A DNA stretch of 42,029 nucleotides from Armatimonadota bacterium (GTDB lineage Bacteria > Armatimonadota > DTGP01 > JAKQQT01): contig JAKQQT010000507.1 in NCBI GenBank assembly GCA_029564025.1, positions 1 to 42,029 on the forward strand, written 5' to 3'. The notes under the pieces were generated by a model. The model ran no database searches. It saw only the letters and a program-made list of their open reading frames with translations, and was not told the DNA's origin. Both the position numbers and the translations under genes were made by a program. Shown piece after piece: positions 7,951 through 17,957 of the stretch; positions within the stretch are counted from its first letter, which is position 1, and every line of letters begins with the position of its first letter.

Positions 7951-10323
7951 TCATGCGGCTGTGATCTCCCCGACGCCTTCCACCGTTCGTCCGCCCGGCA
8001 AAACGACGATCATCCGCGTGTCTGGCGGGCCGGACGCGTGAACCTTGCAGGCGCCATCCTCGATTTCCCAGGACACCCGCACGTCGCCCCGCCGCGTGGC
8101 GACGGTTCCGTTCGCCCAGGCCAGAGGTCCGGGTTGCGGCGCGATGCGAACGGCTTCGAATCCCGGCTTCGCGGGTTGAACTCCCAGCGTCTCCGCAACG
8201 AACTCGTAAATGGGCACGCTTCCCCATCCGTGGCAGTCGGAGCGTCCGTGGATGGGATCCTCCGGCCAGGTTGTGACGTGCAGGTCGGCAAGGCCGATCC
8301 ACTGGTCGAACAACTCATAGGCGCGGTGGTACAGGCCGGCCTTCTTCAACGCGCGGAAGAGGTAGAACTGCATGGCCCAGTTCATCTGTGAAAGCGACTT
8401 ATCTTCCAGGCAGGCCAGTGCCAGGTCGGACCGCAGTTCCTCCGATGCGGCGCCGCTCAGGATCGCCCATACTTGCGGATGTACGCTGGTAGCCGGCAAT
8501 CCGGGGCTGTCGCGGAAAAGGCCGCTCTTTCCGTCCCAGCAGTAACGGCGAACGGCGGCGTTCACCTCGGCGGCACGTTCGCGGTACTCGCCGGCGCGAT
8601 GCGCGTATCCGGCCGGTTCCGCCAGTTCGGCGGCGGTCTTCAGCGCTGATGCGTACAACTGGCTGAACACCGTCGCGGGCTTGTCCGGCGAACCGGGCGG
8701 CATACCCGCGTCCCAACCCTTCACCCAGTCAAAATACGGCCAGTAGTAGAAGCCGCCGACCAGACCGTCAGGGGTGAGGCGCCGGTCAAACCAGTCCAGC
8801 ACGGAATCCACGGCGCTACGGTAACGGCGTGGTACTTCACGGTCGCCTGTTAGTGACCAGTGGTCGTAAAGCATGAATATCCAATGCAGGGCGAAACCGG
8901 GGATGATCTGCGGCACCACGGTAGGCGTTCTGCTCTGCACCAGTCCGCTGGGGTGCCAGGAGCAATGGTAATCGTGGATGGCTTTCAGCATGGGGCGTGT
9001 GTCCCCCGTCATGCACGCGGCGAACAGCGCTTCCAGGCGGGTGTCCATCGTGTACTGCAATTGCTCGTAATACGGGCAGTCTATAAATGTTTCGTGCAGA
9101 CAGCGCTGGACGGTGCGAACGCTGATGTCCCAGAGTTCCGCGTGCCTGGGGTCGGCGCTTTCGAACCGGCTTCTGACCTCCAGGGGATATCCGGTTTCGA
9201 TATAGGTGAGCGGTCGTACAACCAGTGGTTCCGCGCCGACCTTGATGTGCACGCGCACGAAACGGAATGTCCGGAACCAGAAGGGCTGGTAGGTTTCATC
9301 GGCCCCTCCGGGCCGGTAGCGGTCGTTCAGGCCGAAAATGCCGCCTTCCGCGGGATCGTCGCGAATGCCCTTTTTAACCCATGCCTGGCCTTCCTCGCCC
9401 TGTCCGTAGGCTTCGGCATACGTCAGGCGAATTTCACTGCCCTTGCCGCCCGAAACGGAAAGGCGGATGTAGCCGGTGGTCAATTCGCCTGCGTCAAGGT
9501 CGATGGTCCATTCGGAATCGGGAGGCAGTTCCGCGTCGTTGGCGAGACCGCACAAAGCGGCCGAAACGACCTTTGGCTTGACGGAACCGGTGTGGATGCC
9601 CAACGCGACTTTGCCGCAAGCCAGCCCGCGCCTGGTTTCGTACAGCGGCGGGATCGGGCGGGGCGTCAGGTTCCAGCAACTGAAGTCGGTGCACATTTTG
9701 CGGTCCGGGCTGAGGCCGGGATAAAACGGCACGGCTGGAATCCAACGCGAGTCGTCGTAGGTCTGATCGGTCCATCCGTGCGGAAGCAGGCCGCCTTCCA
9801 CGTCTTCGGTCTGGCCAAACAGTTCGGTGCCCCGTGTGGCGTGAAACCGGATTCCCTCGCCGCGCAGGACGAGCCACTGACCGTTGGTGTCCACGCACTC
9901 GCCCTCTCCGGTCCATTCGCCCTGCAGGAAGAAGCCCCCGTAAGCGGCGCGGTAGACGGATGAAATGCCGACGGAATCCATGCGGTAAGGCTCGGCGGTG
10001 TGAAAATGAAGCACACGGGCGGCCAGGATGTTCTGGCCGGCGTGGAGATACGGGGAAACATCGACGGTTTCGTAGTGCTGTCGCCAGTAGTCGCCCTTGC
10101 ACGGTCCGACCGAAACGCGTTCCCCGTTGAGAAAGAGTTCGTAGCGGCTGTCGGCGGACACGCGAACCGTCAGCCGTGCGCCCGGTTCCGCCTGGAAGGT
10201 ACGGCGGAAGTATCGGACTTCGTGCTCGCCCGGTACCGTTCTCGGTATGCCCTCGTCCCAGATCCAGTAGGCGGTCCAGTCCGGCGGAGCAATGTCGGTG
10301 GTTAATTCTCGCGGCGCATCCAT
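7951..10323 (-). CDS. Alpha-L-rhamnosidase (GH78)
   Basis: VSADSRYELFLNG, FRFVRV, DCPYYEQLQYTMDTR, TTWPE, SDCHGWGS, IAPQPG. Start ATG 10323 chosen from the AAAGGGGA SD; alternative starts run up to 10353. Confidence 0.9.
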   Translation of the reverse strand: MDAPRELTTDIAPPDWTAYWIWDEGIPRTVPGEHEVRYFRRTFQAEPGARLTVRVSADSRYELFLNGERVSVGPCKGDYWRQHYETVDVSPYLHAGQNILAARVLHFHTAEPYRMDSVGISSVYRAAYGGFFLQGEWTGEGECVDTNGQWLVLRGEGIRFHATRGTELFGQTEDVEGGLLPHGWTDQTYDDSRWIPAVPFYPGLSPDRKMCTDFSCWNLTPRPIPPLYETRRGLACGKVALGIHTGSVKPKVVSAALCGLANDAELPPDSEWTIDLDAGELTTGYIRLSVSGGKGSEIRLTYAEAYGQGEEGQAWVKKGIRDDPAEGGIFGLNDRYRPGGADETYQPFWFRTFRFVRVHIKVGAEPLVVRPLTYIETGYPLEVRSRFESADPRHAELWDISVRTVQRCLHETFIDCPYYEQLQYTMDTRLEALFAACMTGDTRPMLKAIHDYHCSWHPSGLVQSRTPTVVPQIIPGFALHWIFMLYDHWSLTGDREVPRRYRSAVDSVLDWFDRRLTPDGLVGGFYYWPYFDWVKGWDAGMPPGSPDKPATVFSQLYASALKTAAELAEPAGYAHRAGEYRERAAEVNAAVRRYCWDGKSGLFRDSPGLPATSVHPQVWAILSGAASEELRSDLALACLEDKSLSQMNWAMQFYLFRALKKAGLYHRAYELFDQWIGLADLHVTTWPEDPIHGRSDCHGWGSVPIYEFVAETLGVQPAKPGFEAVRIAPQPGPLAWANGTVATRRGDVRVSWEIEDGACKVHASGPPDTRMIVVLPGGRTVEGVGEITAA

Positions 10324-10485
10324 GGTCATTTCCCCTTTCGTGTACGTCATCAAGTTAGTTCACAGCGGCCAGCGCAGTCGAGCGTTGCGGACCGGCGCAA
10401 CCGGAGGCGTCCGCGGGCGTCCAAGTATGATGGGCGGATGTTCTTTGCTCTTATTTTCCGTCAAAACACAGGGGGTTGAAAGAAC

Positions 10486-11508
10486 ATGACACGGAATCGC
10501 TGGATGATGGCGGCAGTCGCGTTGTTTGCCGTTCAGGCCTTGAGCGTGGCGGAGACATCGAAAAACGTTTTGCTGATCGGGTGGGACGGCGCGCGCCGCG
10601 GTCACGTGGAGAAAATGCTGGAAAGGAACGAACTGCCGACGCTGGCCGCGTTGAAAGCCGAAGGGAAGATGGTGAACATCAACGTCACCACCGGCGCCAC
10701 CGACACGAAAGCAGGGTGGAGCCAGATTTTGACCGGGTATCACCCAAACACCACGGGTGTCCACTCAAACGGGAAGTACCAGCCAATCCCGAAGGGATAT
10801 ACCATTTTCGAGCGCGCTGAAAAAGCGTTTGGAGACGACAAGGTGTACACGGCGATGATCGTGGCCAAGTCCGGCCACGTGGACGCCGCGGGCCCGGTGA
10901 AAGTCCCGTATCAGCGCTGGAAGACGCGAAGCGAGAAGGGTCCGCTGAAGAACCTGCCGGAACAGGCGCGACTGCGGCGCAACGGCATGAAGGTCATCCA
11001 GGAAGGCGCTCGGCGTTTCGTCGTGGCGCCGGGCAAGCCGTACTTCAACGCGAAGGATGGAATGGACCTTTTTGTGAACGGACTGAAAACGGACGAGGCC
11101 GTTTCAACGAGGACGCTGTCCGAAATCGAGAAGAACAAGGACAAGCGGTTCCTCATTTTCGCGCATTTCGCCCGGCCGGACCACGACGGACACCAGTTCG
11201 GCGAGGGTTCGAAGGAATACAGCGCCGGCTTGAAGGAAGACGACGAGTGGACCGGCAAGATCATCAAGCGCCTCAAGGAGATGAACCTCTACAAGGACAC
11301 CACCGTGTATGTAGTGGTGGACCACGGTTTTGACGTCGGAAAGACCACCCACCGCAACGCGCCCTACGTGTTTATGGCGACCAACGACACCGAGGTCCGG
11401 CGTCCGGGCGATCGGGCGGACATCGGTCCCACCGTCCTTAAGCGCCTGGGTATCGATATCGCCAAACTGGAGCCGCCGCTTTTTGGGAAGCCGCTGACTG
11501 AACGCTGA
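10486..11508 (+). CDS. Secreted alkaline phosphatase / nucleotide pyrophosphatase superfamily protein
   Basis: Signal peptide; LLIGWDG, TDTKAGWSQILTG (Thr nucleophile region), PDHDGH and VVDHG metal-ligand motifs. Confidence 0.8.
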   Translation: MTRNRWMMAAVALFAVQALSVAETSKNVLLIGWDGARRGHVEKMLERNELPTLAALKAEGKMVNINVTTGATDTKAGWSQILTGYHPNTTGVHSNGKYQPIPKGYTIFERAEKAFGDDKVYTAMIVAKSGHVDAAGPVKVPYQRWKTRSEKGPLKNLPEQARLRRNGMKVIQEGARRFVVAPGKPYFNAKDGMDLFVNGLKTDEAVSTRTLSEIEKNKDKRFLIFAHFARPDHDGHQFGEGSKEYSAGLKEDDEWTGKIIKRLKEMNLYKDTTVYVVVDHGFDVGKTTHRNAPYVFMATNDTEVRRPGDRADIGPTVLKRLGIDIAKLEPPLFGKPLTER

Positions 11509-11584
11509 AAATAAACAGCAAAAATAGCCGCGCCGATGTGGCCGCGTCGCGAATCCGGACGTACAATTAAGGCGTCGGTGACAG

Positions 11585-11617
11585 GGGGTTTCCGAATCAC
11601 CGGAAGCCCCTTTTTTT
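11585..11617 (+). terminator. Rho-independent terminator (possibly part of an attenuator)
   Basis: GGGGTTTCCG-aatcac-CGGAAGCCCC followed by T7. Confidence 0.85.
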
Positions 11618-11687
11618 GCTGGTCTTTCGCCGGGTCCTTCGCCGGGCTGTCTGTTGCTATCGGAGGAGACGGTGGAAGGGGGATTCC

Positions 11688-14600
11688 ATGGTATACCACA
11701 AGCGTTATCTTCTGACTCTTTTGCTCTTCCTGATCCCGGCGTCTGCGTGCCTCGCCGCAACATACACCGTAACATCGGCGGACGAAGACGGCCCCGGCAC
11801 GCTGAGGCAGGCCATTACCGACGCCAACGGCGACTCGGAAGCCGACGTCATCGCCTTCAGCCTGCCGCCGCCATACGAAATCAGCGTTTCTACAAACCTC
11901 CCGGCGATGTCCCAGCCGGTTACCATCGACGGCTCGACACAGGCCGGTTTCACCGGACCGCCGCTTGTTTCCCTAGTCGGAGCGGGCGCCTCCGAAGGGC
12001 TTGTCATCGAAACCGGTGGCTGTCAGGTCAGATGCCTGAACATCCGGAACTTCACCGGCGCCGCAATCACCATCCGCTGGGGCGCGGAGAATTCAGTTAC
12101 GGGTTGCTGGCTCGGTCTGGACGCATCGGGCGAGAACGCCGTGCCCAACAACCGCGGCATTATTCTTCAATGGGGAACAACCGACAACACCATCGGCGGA
12201 TTGTCCGGCGGCGACCGGAACGTCATTTCCGGCAACACGGAAACCGGGATCCACATCACCGACTGGAGCACGTCACGCAACAAGGTGCTGGGTAACATCA
12301 TCGGTCTGAACGCCGCCGGAACGAAGGCCGTTCCCAACCGGTTGGGAGTCGCCGTTTGCTGTGACGCATCAGACAATGTCATCGGCTCCACCGCGGTCGG
12401 GGGACGGAACATCATTTCCGGCAACTATGAGGCCAATATCCAGTTCGACGACCGACTGGGCGGCAACGTCATCAGCGGCAATTACATCGGCACCACGGTC
12501 GACGGCCTGGAGGTGCCGATCGACGCCGGTATGACGAAAGGGGTTGAACTCTGGAACAGTGTCGGGCAGATAATCGGGCCGGGTAACGTCATCGCTGGTC
12601 ACACGGAAGCCGGCATCCGCATCGGTGGTGTGTATTCCGTGAACAACAGAATCATCGGCAACTGGATTGGCGTCAAGTCGAACGGTACCGAGCCTCTGCC
12701 GAACGGCGACGGCATCAAGGTTGATAACAACGCCCACGACAACACCATCGGGGGAACCTCCGAGAGCACCCGGAACATCATCTCCGGAAACTCCCAGGTC
12801 GGTGTCCGCCTCAACGGGCCGGGCGTCACCGGCAACGTTGTCTGCGGCAACTACATCGGCCTGGATCCGGTCGGTGAAAACGCTGTCAGGAACGGCGAAT
12901 ACGGCGTGGCTATCCAGGACAGGGCGTCCGGAAACACCATCGGAGGCACACAATCCGAGGCGCGCAACGTTATTTCCGGAAACCAATCGGACGGTGTGCG
13001 CCTGGAAAACCCGGGAACGACGGCCAACGTTGTATCCGGAAACTACATCGGCCTCGACGCCACGGGTTCATTCGCTGTGTCCAACGAGGGAACCGGCATC
13101 AGCGTTACGGACCAGGCTTCTCGAAATACGTTCGGCGGAACTGCTTCTGGAACGCGGAACTACATTTCGGGCAACAAGGGCTGTGGAATCTTCATCGACG
13201 GTATCGGCACCACGTCAAATGTCGTTCAGGGCAATGTCATCGGCCTGGAAAAGACGGGACTCAGCGCCGTGCCTAATGAAAACCAGGGTGTGGTTGTTGC
13301 GAACGGCGCGGTGGATACGCTGGTGGGTGGAACCGCGGCGGGCGCAGGAAACATCATCTCCGGCAACAATTCCCACGGTATCGAGGTTTCCGGCCGCGAC
13401 ACCGCGCGCACCATCGTTCAGGGAAACACCATCGGCTTGAATGTACCGCGCAACGTCACCGTCGGCAACAACGGTAACGGAATCATGGTCAGTTGGGAGA
13501 CGAGGTTCAACCTCATCGGTGGAACAGCGCCCGGCGCAGGCAACCTGGTGACCGGCAACAGTTCCGGCATCCACGTCGAGGATGCGCACGACAACGTGGT
13601 TCAGGGGAATCTCATCGGAACCGACCCGACCGGCCGCCAGAACCTCGGCGCGGGCTGGGCCGGCGTGAACATCGCCCAGGGCTCGCAGAGGAACATCATC
13701 GGAGGCGCCGGGGCCGGTGAGCGCAACATCATCGTGGGCGGCTGGTCGGGCGTGGCCCTCGTTGATTCCGGCACGGCGCACAACGTCGTTCGCGGAAACC
13801 ACATTGGCGTGGACATCACCGGGAATATCATCCTGGGCGGCGGTGACCATGCCGTGAACATACGCGAAGGCGCCCACGAAAACGACATCGGGGGACCGGG
13901 AACCGGCGACGGCAACATCATCGCTGGCTACGGAGGCAACGGTGTCGTGCTGGCAGGTAACGTGAGCCCGGTGCGGAACCGCATACTCCGCAACTCCATC
14001 CGAAACCACAATCTGCTGGGAATCGACCTGGAACCTGCCGGCGTGACGCGAAATGACGCCCGTGATAGCGACACCGGACCCAACATGTTGCAGAACTATC
14101 CGGTACTGACGTCGGCCGCCTACAGCGCAGGCAATATAGACATCACAGGCACGCTGAACAGTGTTCCGTCCACCACATTCCGGCTGGAATTCTTCAACAA
14201 CGCCCTTTACGTTGCGGGAGCCTATGGGCAGGGTGAGGTGTATCTCGGCTCGCAGAATGTGACCACCGACGCCTTCGGTAACGCGGCGTTCAACGTGTCA
14301 TTGCCCGCGCCTTCCAGGCCGGGCGCCGGGGTCACCGCGACGGCCACGGATTCCGCCGGTAACACGTCGGAGTTCAGCCTGTCCGTAAAGGTCGCCGACC
14401 TGCCCGTCGAGAGCAGTCTCGTGGTGACCAACGTGTACGATTCCGGCGAAGGCTCACTGCGGCAGGCGATACTGGATGCCAACGCCAGGGCCGGCCTGGA
14501 CACCATCACCTTCAACATCCCCGGCGGCCTCCAGCAGATAGCACCCGTTTCACCACTGCCACCAGTCACCGAATCGGTGGTCATTGACGGCACAACACAA

Positions 14601-17600
14601 CCTGGCTTCACCGGAACGCCGTTGATCGTCCTCGGCGGATGGTCCAGCGGAAACTGCGACGGCCTGGTCATCCAGGCGGACTCGTGCGTCATCAAGGCGT
14701 TGAATATCGAGGGATACGCGCGGGCCGGCATCGTTCTGGAGAGCGGCGGAAACACCGTAACCGGATGCCAAATCGGTATCGACCCGACCGGGATATACCG
14801 GTCACCGTGCACGCCGGGTATTCTGGTGCAGGGTGATAACAACATCATCGGCGGCTCCACGGCGGCGGAGCGGAACGTTATCTCGGGCAACAACAGTGCC
14901 GGAATTCTCCTGGACGGCGCCGCCGGCACGATGGTCACCGGCAACTTCATCGGCCCTGACCCGAGCGGTATGCTCGAGATCGCCAACCTGGACTCGGCTG
15001 TGCAGTTCCTCAACGGCGCCAACAACAACGTTATCGGCGGCCTGGGTGCCGGGCAGGCGAACCTGATATCCGGCAACTACGCGGCGGGTGTCGAACTGCG
15101 CGGCCCGGATGTGACACTCAACACCATCCAGGGCAATTACATCGGCGTCGACGTGACCGGGGTGGAGCCGCTGGCCAACCACTGGCTGGGCGTCCGCCTG
15201 TGTTCGGGAGCCCATCATAACACGGTGTCGAAGAACGTGATATCGGGCAACTGGCACAACGGCGTCGAGATTGCCGATACCGGTTCCGACGGTAACTCCG
15301 TCCTGCAGAACGTCATCGGATTGTGCGTGATGGGTGATGCGGCAATTCCGAACAATGCGGGTGTTGTGGTTCGGTACGGCAAGGACGCTGTGGTTGGCGG
15401 AAACACCATCTCGGGCAACATTAACAGCGGTATTGAACTGAGTGAGACTTCGGCCAACCGGGTTTATGGAAATCTGGTCGGCACGGACGTTACGGGTAGT
15501 TTGCCTCTGGGCAACATGGCTCACGGTATTGTCCTTCTTGGAGCAAGCCACGACAACGTCATCGGCGGACTGGCTCCGGGCGACGGCAATATCGTCTCTG
15601 CCAGCGGTTCCAGCGGTATTCAGTTCTACACCGAAGGAAACCGGGACAACCTGGTGCAGGGCAACATCATCGGGTTGGACATCACCGGCACGAAGCCGCT
15701 GGGCAATGCCCGTGAAGGCATCAGTCTGTGTTGCGGGGCTTCAAACAACACCATCGGAGGTACGGTGGCGAGCGCTCGCAACGTCATCTCCGGCAATTAC
15801 GGCGCCGGCGTCGGCGATTGGGCGACAAACACCCGTATTCAGGGTAACTATATCGGAACCGACGTAACAGGCGCCACCGCCGTTGGCAACGCTTACCAAG
15901 GCGCATACCTGAACTCCACTAACCCGATGGTACTCAACAACGTGGTGTCCGGCAACATGGGAGGAGGTATCGTCCTGCAGAACTCCAGCGGCGGTGTGGT
16001 GCAGGGAAATCACGTGGGGACGAATGCGGCGGGAACGGCCGCCGTCGGCAATTACTGGCAAGGCATCGGCCTGTTCTGGGCCAACAGCAACCACGTCATC
16101 GGCGGCAGTCTCCCCGGCCAGGGAAACCTGGTGTCCGGCAACTTCGGAAACGGCGTCCAGGCCAGTGAACTCAGCATCTCCAACGTTCAAATCCTCGGCA
16201 ACCGCATCGGCGTTCAGGCCGACGGCGTATTGCCTCTGCCGAACCGTCAGAACGGTATCGAGTGCTTCAGTGGCGTCACCGGCGTCACAATCGGCGGAAC
16301 GGCCGCGGGCGCCGGAAACACCGTCGCGTTCAACGGCGAGCGGGGCGTGTGGATACGCGACGGCTACAACGGCTCCTGCACAGGAATCGCCGTGCGCGGC
16401 AACTCAATTCACAGCAACACCCTCCTCGGTATCGATATCGGGCCGGAGGGTGTTACGCCCAACGATAACCTGGACGCCGACACCGGGTCGAACGGATTGC
16501 AAAACTTCCCGGTGCTTACGAAAGCCACGCTGTCAGGCGGTCAGGCGACCGTCACCGGCACGATGAACAGCAAGGCGAACACTGTTTACGCCGTCGACTT
16601 CTTCTCGGGACCCGCCTGCACCGCGCCGTGCACTCAACAGGGCGCTGTGTACCTTGGTTCGACAAGCGTGACCACGGATGCCGCCGGTTCGATACCCGTC
16701 AGCGCCACGGTTCCGTGCGCCCTGCCGGCAGGCAGTGTCATCACCGCCACGGCGACTTCTCCCACGGGCGACACCTCGGAGTTTTCAGCCGGGGTGAATC
16801 TGGTGGACTTCAAGCCCGTTCTGGCTGTGACCAATGTGGCCGTCGATGATTCGCTTGGTAACAACAACGGCGTCATCGACTACAACGAGTGCGTGAAACT
16901 CACGGTCACCTTCGGCAACACCGGGGCGACGGACGCAACCGGCGTGACGACGGGGATGAGCGTGACGACATCGGGAGTGACGGTTGTCGACGCCTCGGCT
17001 CCGGTGCCGGATATCCCGGCCGGGGGTACGCGAGCCAACACCACTCCGTACAAGATCGGCGTCTCGCCGTTATTCGTATGCGGAACACCAATCACCGGTA
17101 CGATTCAGGTGACGTGCGGGCAGGGCGTGTACAACGTCCCATTTGCCGTCGCCACCGGCACGGTTTCGTCGCCGATCACATACACGGCAACGGGACCGGT
17201 TGCCATACCGGACGGCGACCTGGCAGGCGTTGACCTACCAATCAGCGTTTCCGGACTCAGCGGTACTCTGGCGGATGTTACGGTAGCGCTGTACATCAGC
17301 CACACGTGGGATTCCGACCTGGACATCAGCCTGATCGGGCCGGACGGCACGAAGGTGGCGCTGGCGTCGGGCAGGGGAGGTTCCGGAGACAAGTTCGGGG
17401 CGGACTGCCCGGCCGGTTCGAACGATACCATCTTCGACGACACGGCGGCGAACTCCATCGCAACCGGAACGGCCCCGTTTACCGGATCCTTCCGTCCGGA
17501 ACAACCGCTCTCCGCGTTTTACGGCAAGGCGGGCGCGGCGGTGAACGGCACGTGGAAATTGCACGTGGTTGATGTCGTATCGACGGACGCGGGAACGATC

Positions 17601-17915
17601 GAATGCGCCTCTGTGACCATTCGGGAGAGAACTTGTTCGGACGGCGGCGGAACCTGCTCCGGAACGTTCATCTACGGCGACGCAAACGGAGACGGACTGG
17701 TCAATGCGGACGACGTGAAAGCGCTGTTGAAGGCGGTGGGCGGTCTGGCGCGCACGAAGCCGATGAACGGAACGGCCGATATCAGCATCGCCGCCGTTGA
17801 CACCGCACCGAAGCCCTCCGCCGATCCACGCGGATTCGGCGATGGAAAGCTGACTATGGCGGACGTGGCGCGGTTGATACGCCATCTGAACGGCAAGGAG
17901 CCGGTTTACCCGTGA
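11688..17915 (+). CDS. Giant secreted protein (2075 aa): two tandem parallel beta-helix modules, Ig-like domain, proprotein-convertase P-domain, C-terminal dockerin-like domain
   Basis: ATG 11688 behind AAGGGGGA, then a signal peptide. Two modules each start VT...G[TS]LRQAI.DAN and end QN[YF]PVLT...TATAT...TSEFS, with many GNxIG/RNVISGN repeats. P-domain: AIPD...ISHTWDSDLDISLIGPDG...GTWKLHVVD. Tail: YGDANGDGLVNADDV...GDGKLTMADV. Confidence 0.88.
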   Translation: MVYHKRYLLTLLLFLIPASACLAATYTVTSADEDGPGTLRQAITDANGDSEADVIAFSLPPPYEISVSTNLPAMSQPVTIDGSTQAGFTGPPLVSLVGAGASEGLVIETGGCQVRCLNIRNFTGAAITIRWGAENSVTGCWLGLDASGENAVPNNRGIILQWGTTDNTIGGLSGGDRNVISGNTETGIHITDWSTSRNKVLGNIIGLNAAGTKAVPNRLGVAVCCDASDNVIGSTAVGGRNIISGNYEANIQFDDRLGGNVISGNYIGTTVDGLEVPIDAGMTKGVELWNSVGQIIGPGNVIAGHTEAGIRIGGVYSVNNRIIGNWIGVKSNGTEPLPNGDGIKVDNNAHDNTIGGTSESTRNIISGNSQVGVRLNGPGVTGNVVCGNYIGLDPVGENAVRNGEYGVAIQDRASGNTIGGTQSEARNVISGNQSDGVRLENPGTTANVVSGNYIGLDATGSFAVSNEGTGISVTDQASRNTFGGTASGTRNYISGNKGCGIFIDGIGTTSNVVQGNVIGLEKTGLSAVPNENQGVVVANGAVDTLVGGTAAGAGNIISGNNSHGIEVSGRDTARTIVQGNTIGLNVPRNVTVGNNGNGIMVSWETRFNLIGGTAPGAGNLVTGNSSGIHVEDAHDNVVQGNLIGTDPTGRQNLGAGWAGVNIAQGSQRNIIGGAGAGERNIIVGGWSGVALVDSGTAHNVVRGNHIGVDITGNIILGGGDHAVNIREGAHENDIGGPGTGDGNIIAGYGGNGVVLAGNVSPVRNRILRNSIRNHNLLGIDLEPAGVTRNDARDSDTGPNMLQNYPVLTSAAYSAGNIDITGTLNSVPSTTFRLEFFNNALYVAGAYGQGEVYLGSQNVTTDAFGNAAFNVSLPAPSRPGAGVTATATDSAGNTSEFSLSVKVADLPVESSLVVTNVYDSGEGSLRQAILDANARAGLDTITFNIPGGLQQIAPVSPLPPVTESVVIDGTTQPGFTGTPLIVLGGWSSGNCDGLVIQADSCVIKALNIEGYARAGIVLESGGNTVTGCQIGIDPTGIYRSPCTPGILVQGDNNIIGGSTAAERNVISGNNSAGILLDGAAGTMVTGNFIGPDPSGMLEIANLDSAVQFLNGANNNVIGGLGAGQANLISGNYAAGVELRGPDVTLNTIQGNYIGVDVTGVEPLANHWLGVRLCSGAHHNTVSKNVISGNWHNGVEIADTGSDGNSVLQNVIGLCVMGDAAIPNNAGVVVRYGKDAVVGGNTISGNINSGIELSETSANRVYGNLVGTDVTGSLPLGNMAHGIVLLGASHDNVIGGLAPGDGNIVSASGSSGIQFYTEGNRDNLVQGNIIGLDITGTKPLGNAREGISLCCGASNNTIGGTVASARNVISGNYGAGVGDWATNTRIQGNYIGTDVTGATAVGNAYQGAYLNSTNPMVLNNVVSGNMGGGIVLQNSSGGVVQGNHVGTNAAGTAAVGNYWQGIGLFWANSNHVIGGSLPGQGNLVSGNFGNGVQASELSISNVQILGNRIGVQADGVLPLPNRQNGIECFSGVTGVTIGGTAAGAGNTVAFNGERGVWIRDGYNGSCTGIAVRGNSIHSNTLLGIDIGPEGVTPNDNLDADTGSNGLQNFPVLTKATLSGGQATVTGTMNSKANTVYAVDFFSGPACTAPCTQQGAVYLGSTSVTTDAAGSIPVSATVPCALPAGSVITATATSPTGDTSEFSAGVNLVDFKPVLAVTNVAVDDSLGNNNGVIDYNECVKLTVTFGNTGATDATGVTTGMSVTTSGVTVVDASAPVPDIPAGGTRANTTPYKIGVSPLFVCGTPITGTIQVTCGQGVYNVPFAVATGTVSSPITYTATGPVAIPDGDLAGVDLPISVSGLSGTLADVTVALYISHTWDSDLDISLIGPDGTKVALASGRGGSGDKFGADCPAGSNDTIFDDTAANSIATGTAPFTGSFRPEQPLSAFYGKAGAAVNGTWKLHVVDVVSTDAGTIECASVTIRERTCSDGGGTCSGTFIYGDANGDGLVNADDVKALLKAVGGLARTKPMNGTADISIAAVDTAPKPSADPRGFGDGKLTMADVARLIRHLNGKEPVYP

Positions 17916-17924
17916 TAACACGGA

Positions 17925-17957
17925 AGGAAGGGGGCATTTGACCTCTGCCCCCTTCCT
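17925..17957 (+). terminator. Perfect 12-bp hairpin after the giant gene (probable terminator)
   Basis: AGGAAGGGGGCA-tttgacctc-TGCCCCCTTCCT, with only a weak U-tract (GTTGT). Confidence 0.55.

Noticed and set aside
7015-9963. Long plus-strand ORFs (458 aa, 367 aa) and similar antisense ORFs throughout the window
   Set aside because: They are antisense shadows of well-supported genes in GC-rich DNA and have no recognisable motifs.
11509-11600. c-di-GMP-I riboswitch resemblance (TAAGG...TGACAG.GGGTTTCCGA)
   Set aside because: No GNRA-capped P2, no GCAAA junction in the right place, no valid tetraloop receptor and no 5' P1 strand.
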